64,000 nt of DNA from Haplodiscus bocki (taxonomy: Eukaryota). Both the position numbers and the translations under genes were made by a program. The notes beneath the pieces were generated by a model. That model did no database searches, was not told where the DNA came from, and was given only the letters and a program-made list of their open reading frames with translations. Positions within the stretch are counted from its first letter, which is position 1, and each line of letters begins with the position of its first letter. The stretch spans positions 40,176,001 through 40,240,000 of the forward strand of contig OZ296657.1 in NCBI GenBank assembly GCA_965655095.1, written 5' to 3'. Positions 62,442 to 64,000 of the stretch are shown piece after piece.

Positions 62442-63343
62442 GTTAGTATCATTTTCAATTCTCGTGTCATTTTTTAGAGCTTTGGCATATCCAAGTTATT
62501 CGGAATCCAAAATTGTTCAGAACAGAGCCCCCCCCCCCCCCCCTAAAAAAGTTCTGCTATTATATAAGGAAATTTTTTGAAAAAAGTCATGGCTGGCCCA
62601 AACTTTTGCGCCCCATCAGCTGTGCTCGGCTTGCTTAAAAAAGATGTGTATAGATCGTTGAATTTTTTTTCCTTTATACCAACGGGAAGACAAAATGGTA
62701 GTAAGGAAAAAAAAAGATTTTATCTCACCTAATAATTTTTTGCCGAGCAATTTAATGAGGGCGGCTGGGCCTTTAATGTTTTCAAAAATTTTCATTTCCT
62801 TAGGTTTCCTTTTCGTCCTTTGAATCGCGGGTCGAAATTTTGGATGAATTTTTTTCGACAATAAAGGTGGATCGGCGGGAAAAAACGCGGAAACGCGGGT
62901 ATTTCGTAGAAAAATAACGGCGATTACCGGCGTTTCTTGAAAATGTAGCAGCCGTTAACGGCTTCCGCGGAAAAATAGCGTCAGTTTTTGGAATTTCGTA
63001 GCAAATTTCCGCCATTAGCAGATGTTCAAATGTTGATTTTATTTTTGTTCCGTGATGTAATTTACGTTTCTAGGCTCAACCCAATTACTATTGCTCTTCC
63101 CATAGTTGGAAATAAAAAAAGAAGTTGTTAACGTCAGTGGAAAAAGCTCAATTCAGTTCACCAAAAATGATAGCACATATACAACATAAAGTTTACAGCT
63201 TTTCAAAGAAAAATTGCTTTTTACCTGTTTTGAGACAAAATTAATCCTCAGAAGTGTGGTATCAGTCTTTCGTAAGTACATCAAGTCAAATGATTTTTTA
63301 TCGTAAAAACTGGGGGACATCTATTGGAACCTTCAAAAATGAC

Positions 63344-64000
63344 ATTCGGACTACGTTATCAAAATGAAGCGGCGTTCTTCTCCAAGACATAGGAGACATT
63401 ACCTCTTGGTAAAAAACCTCCGATTGTCAATTTCATCCAAAACTGTGCTACAATATGGGCATATTGGCAAATTGTAGGTTGATAGTAGTGGTATGGGTGA
63501 AAATAAGGGTGATCTCGGGAGAATAAGGGCGCTTCACATAAAAGTTTTAATCCGGGTACGAGAACAAATGGCCTGATGACTTGGGGCGTGCACAATGATT
63601 CATTTATTTTTTTTGTCGTACTGGTCATTCCCTACTCATAAACTTGTCCGAAATGAGATTATACATTCTCAGACAGAAAAAAACTAGCAGAAATTGGCTG
63701 AACCGATCTAACGAAGTTTTTATCCCCCCAAAACGCATTGGAGGAATTTAACAAAAAGGTTTCAGGTACCACAAAAATCTGTCGATATTACTGTAAAAAG
63801 AACCGCAAGTATTTCAGTGTCTGCTGTTACATTAAAAAAATCTATCGATTTTTGTTATTGACTTGCAATTCGGACTATGTTAATATAAAATAGCCACGTT
63901 CTCTTTCTAAGACATAGGCGACAATAATGGCGCTTCTTGGCCAAAAGTCGCAGATCTTCAATTTTCTCCAAAAGTGTGCTACAACAAAGGTGCATAGCCG
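63344..64000 (+). repeat. Two diverged direct copies of a >=120-bp unit ~525 bp apart
   Basis: ATTCGGACTA(C/T)GTTA...AAGACATAGG(A/C)GACA...TGTGCTACAA at ~63344 and ~63868. Confidence 0.7.

Overview
AT-rich, repeat-dense eukaryotic (animal) genomic DNA with GT-AG introns and one 200-nt assembly gap (22232-22431). It is not prokaryotic, and most short ORFs in the track are noise. The repeat content suggests an invertebrate, but the species cannot be established from sequence alone. (1) A large + strand multi-exon host gene runs from at least 22432 to 62441 and probably past the right edge. It encodes a DEG/ENaC-family channel subunit (TM1 plus FP-x-VTICN motif). Phase-compatible downstream exons encode several LDL-receptor class A (LDLa)-like repeats, and a candidate upstream exon places QV where the pre-TM1 HG motif should be. 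(2) A decayed ~12 kb minus-strand Ty3/Gypsy element (7394-~19500) carries integrase, a putative secreted ORF, a class III (chuvirus-G/herpes-gB-like) envelope remnant and a TRAF/MATH-domain remnant, next to a 2.3 kb LTR. That LTR family recurs as two solo LTRs with 4-bp TSDs. (3) A second Gypsy-like family has its gag start ~130 codons inside the LTR, a repeated PBS-like motif and a UUUAAAC -1 frameshift site. (4) An intact RTE-clade LINE with a twister-ribozyme-like 5' motif and (ATG)n tail sits in an intron of the channel gene. (5) Also present: a BEL/Pao gag-pro fragment, a decayed LINE RT, a Polinton-like capsid remnant, a minisatellite/tRNA-derived repeat pair and small tandem repeats. 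All assignments come from manual translation and motif recognition; no database search was run.
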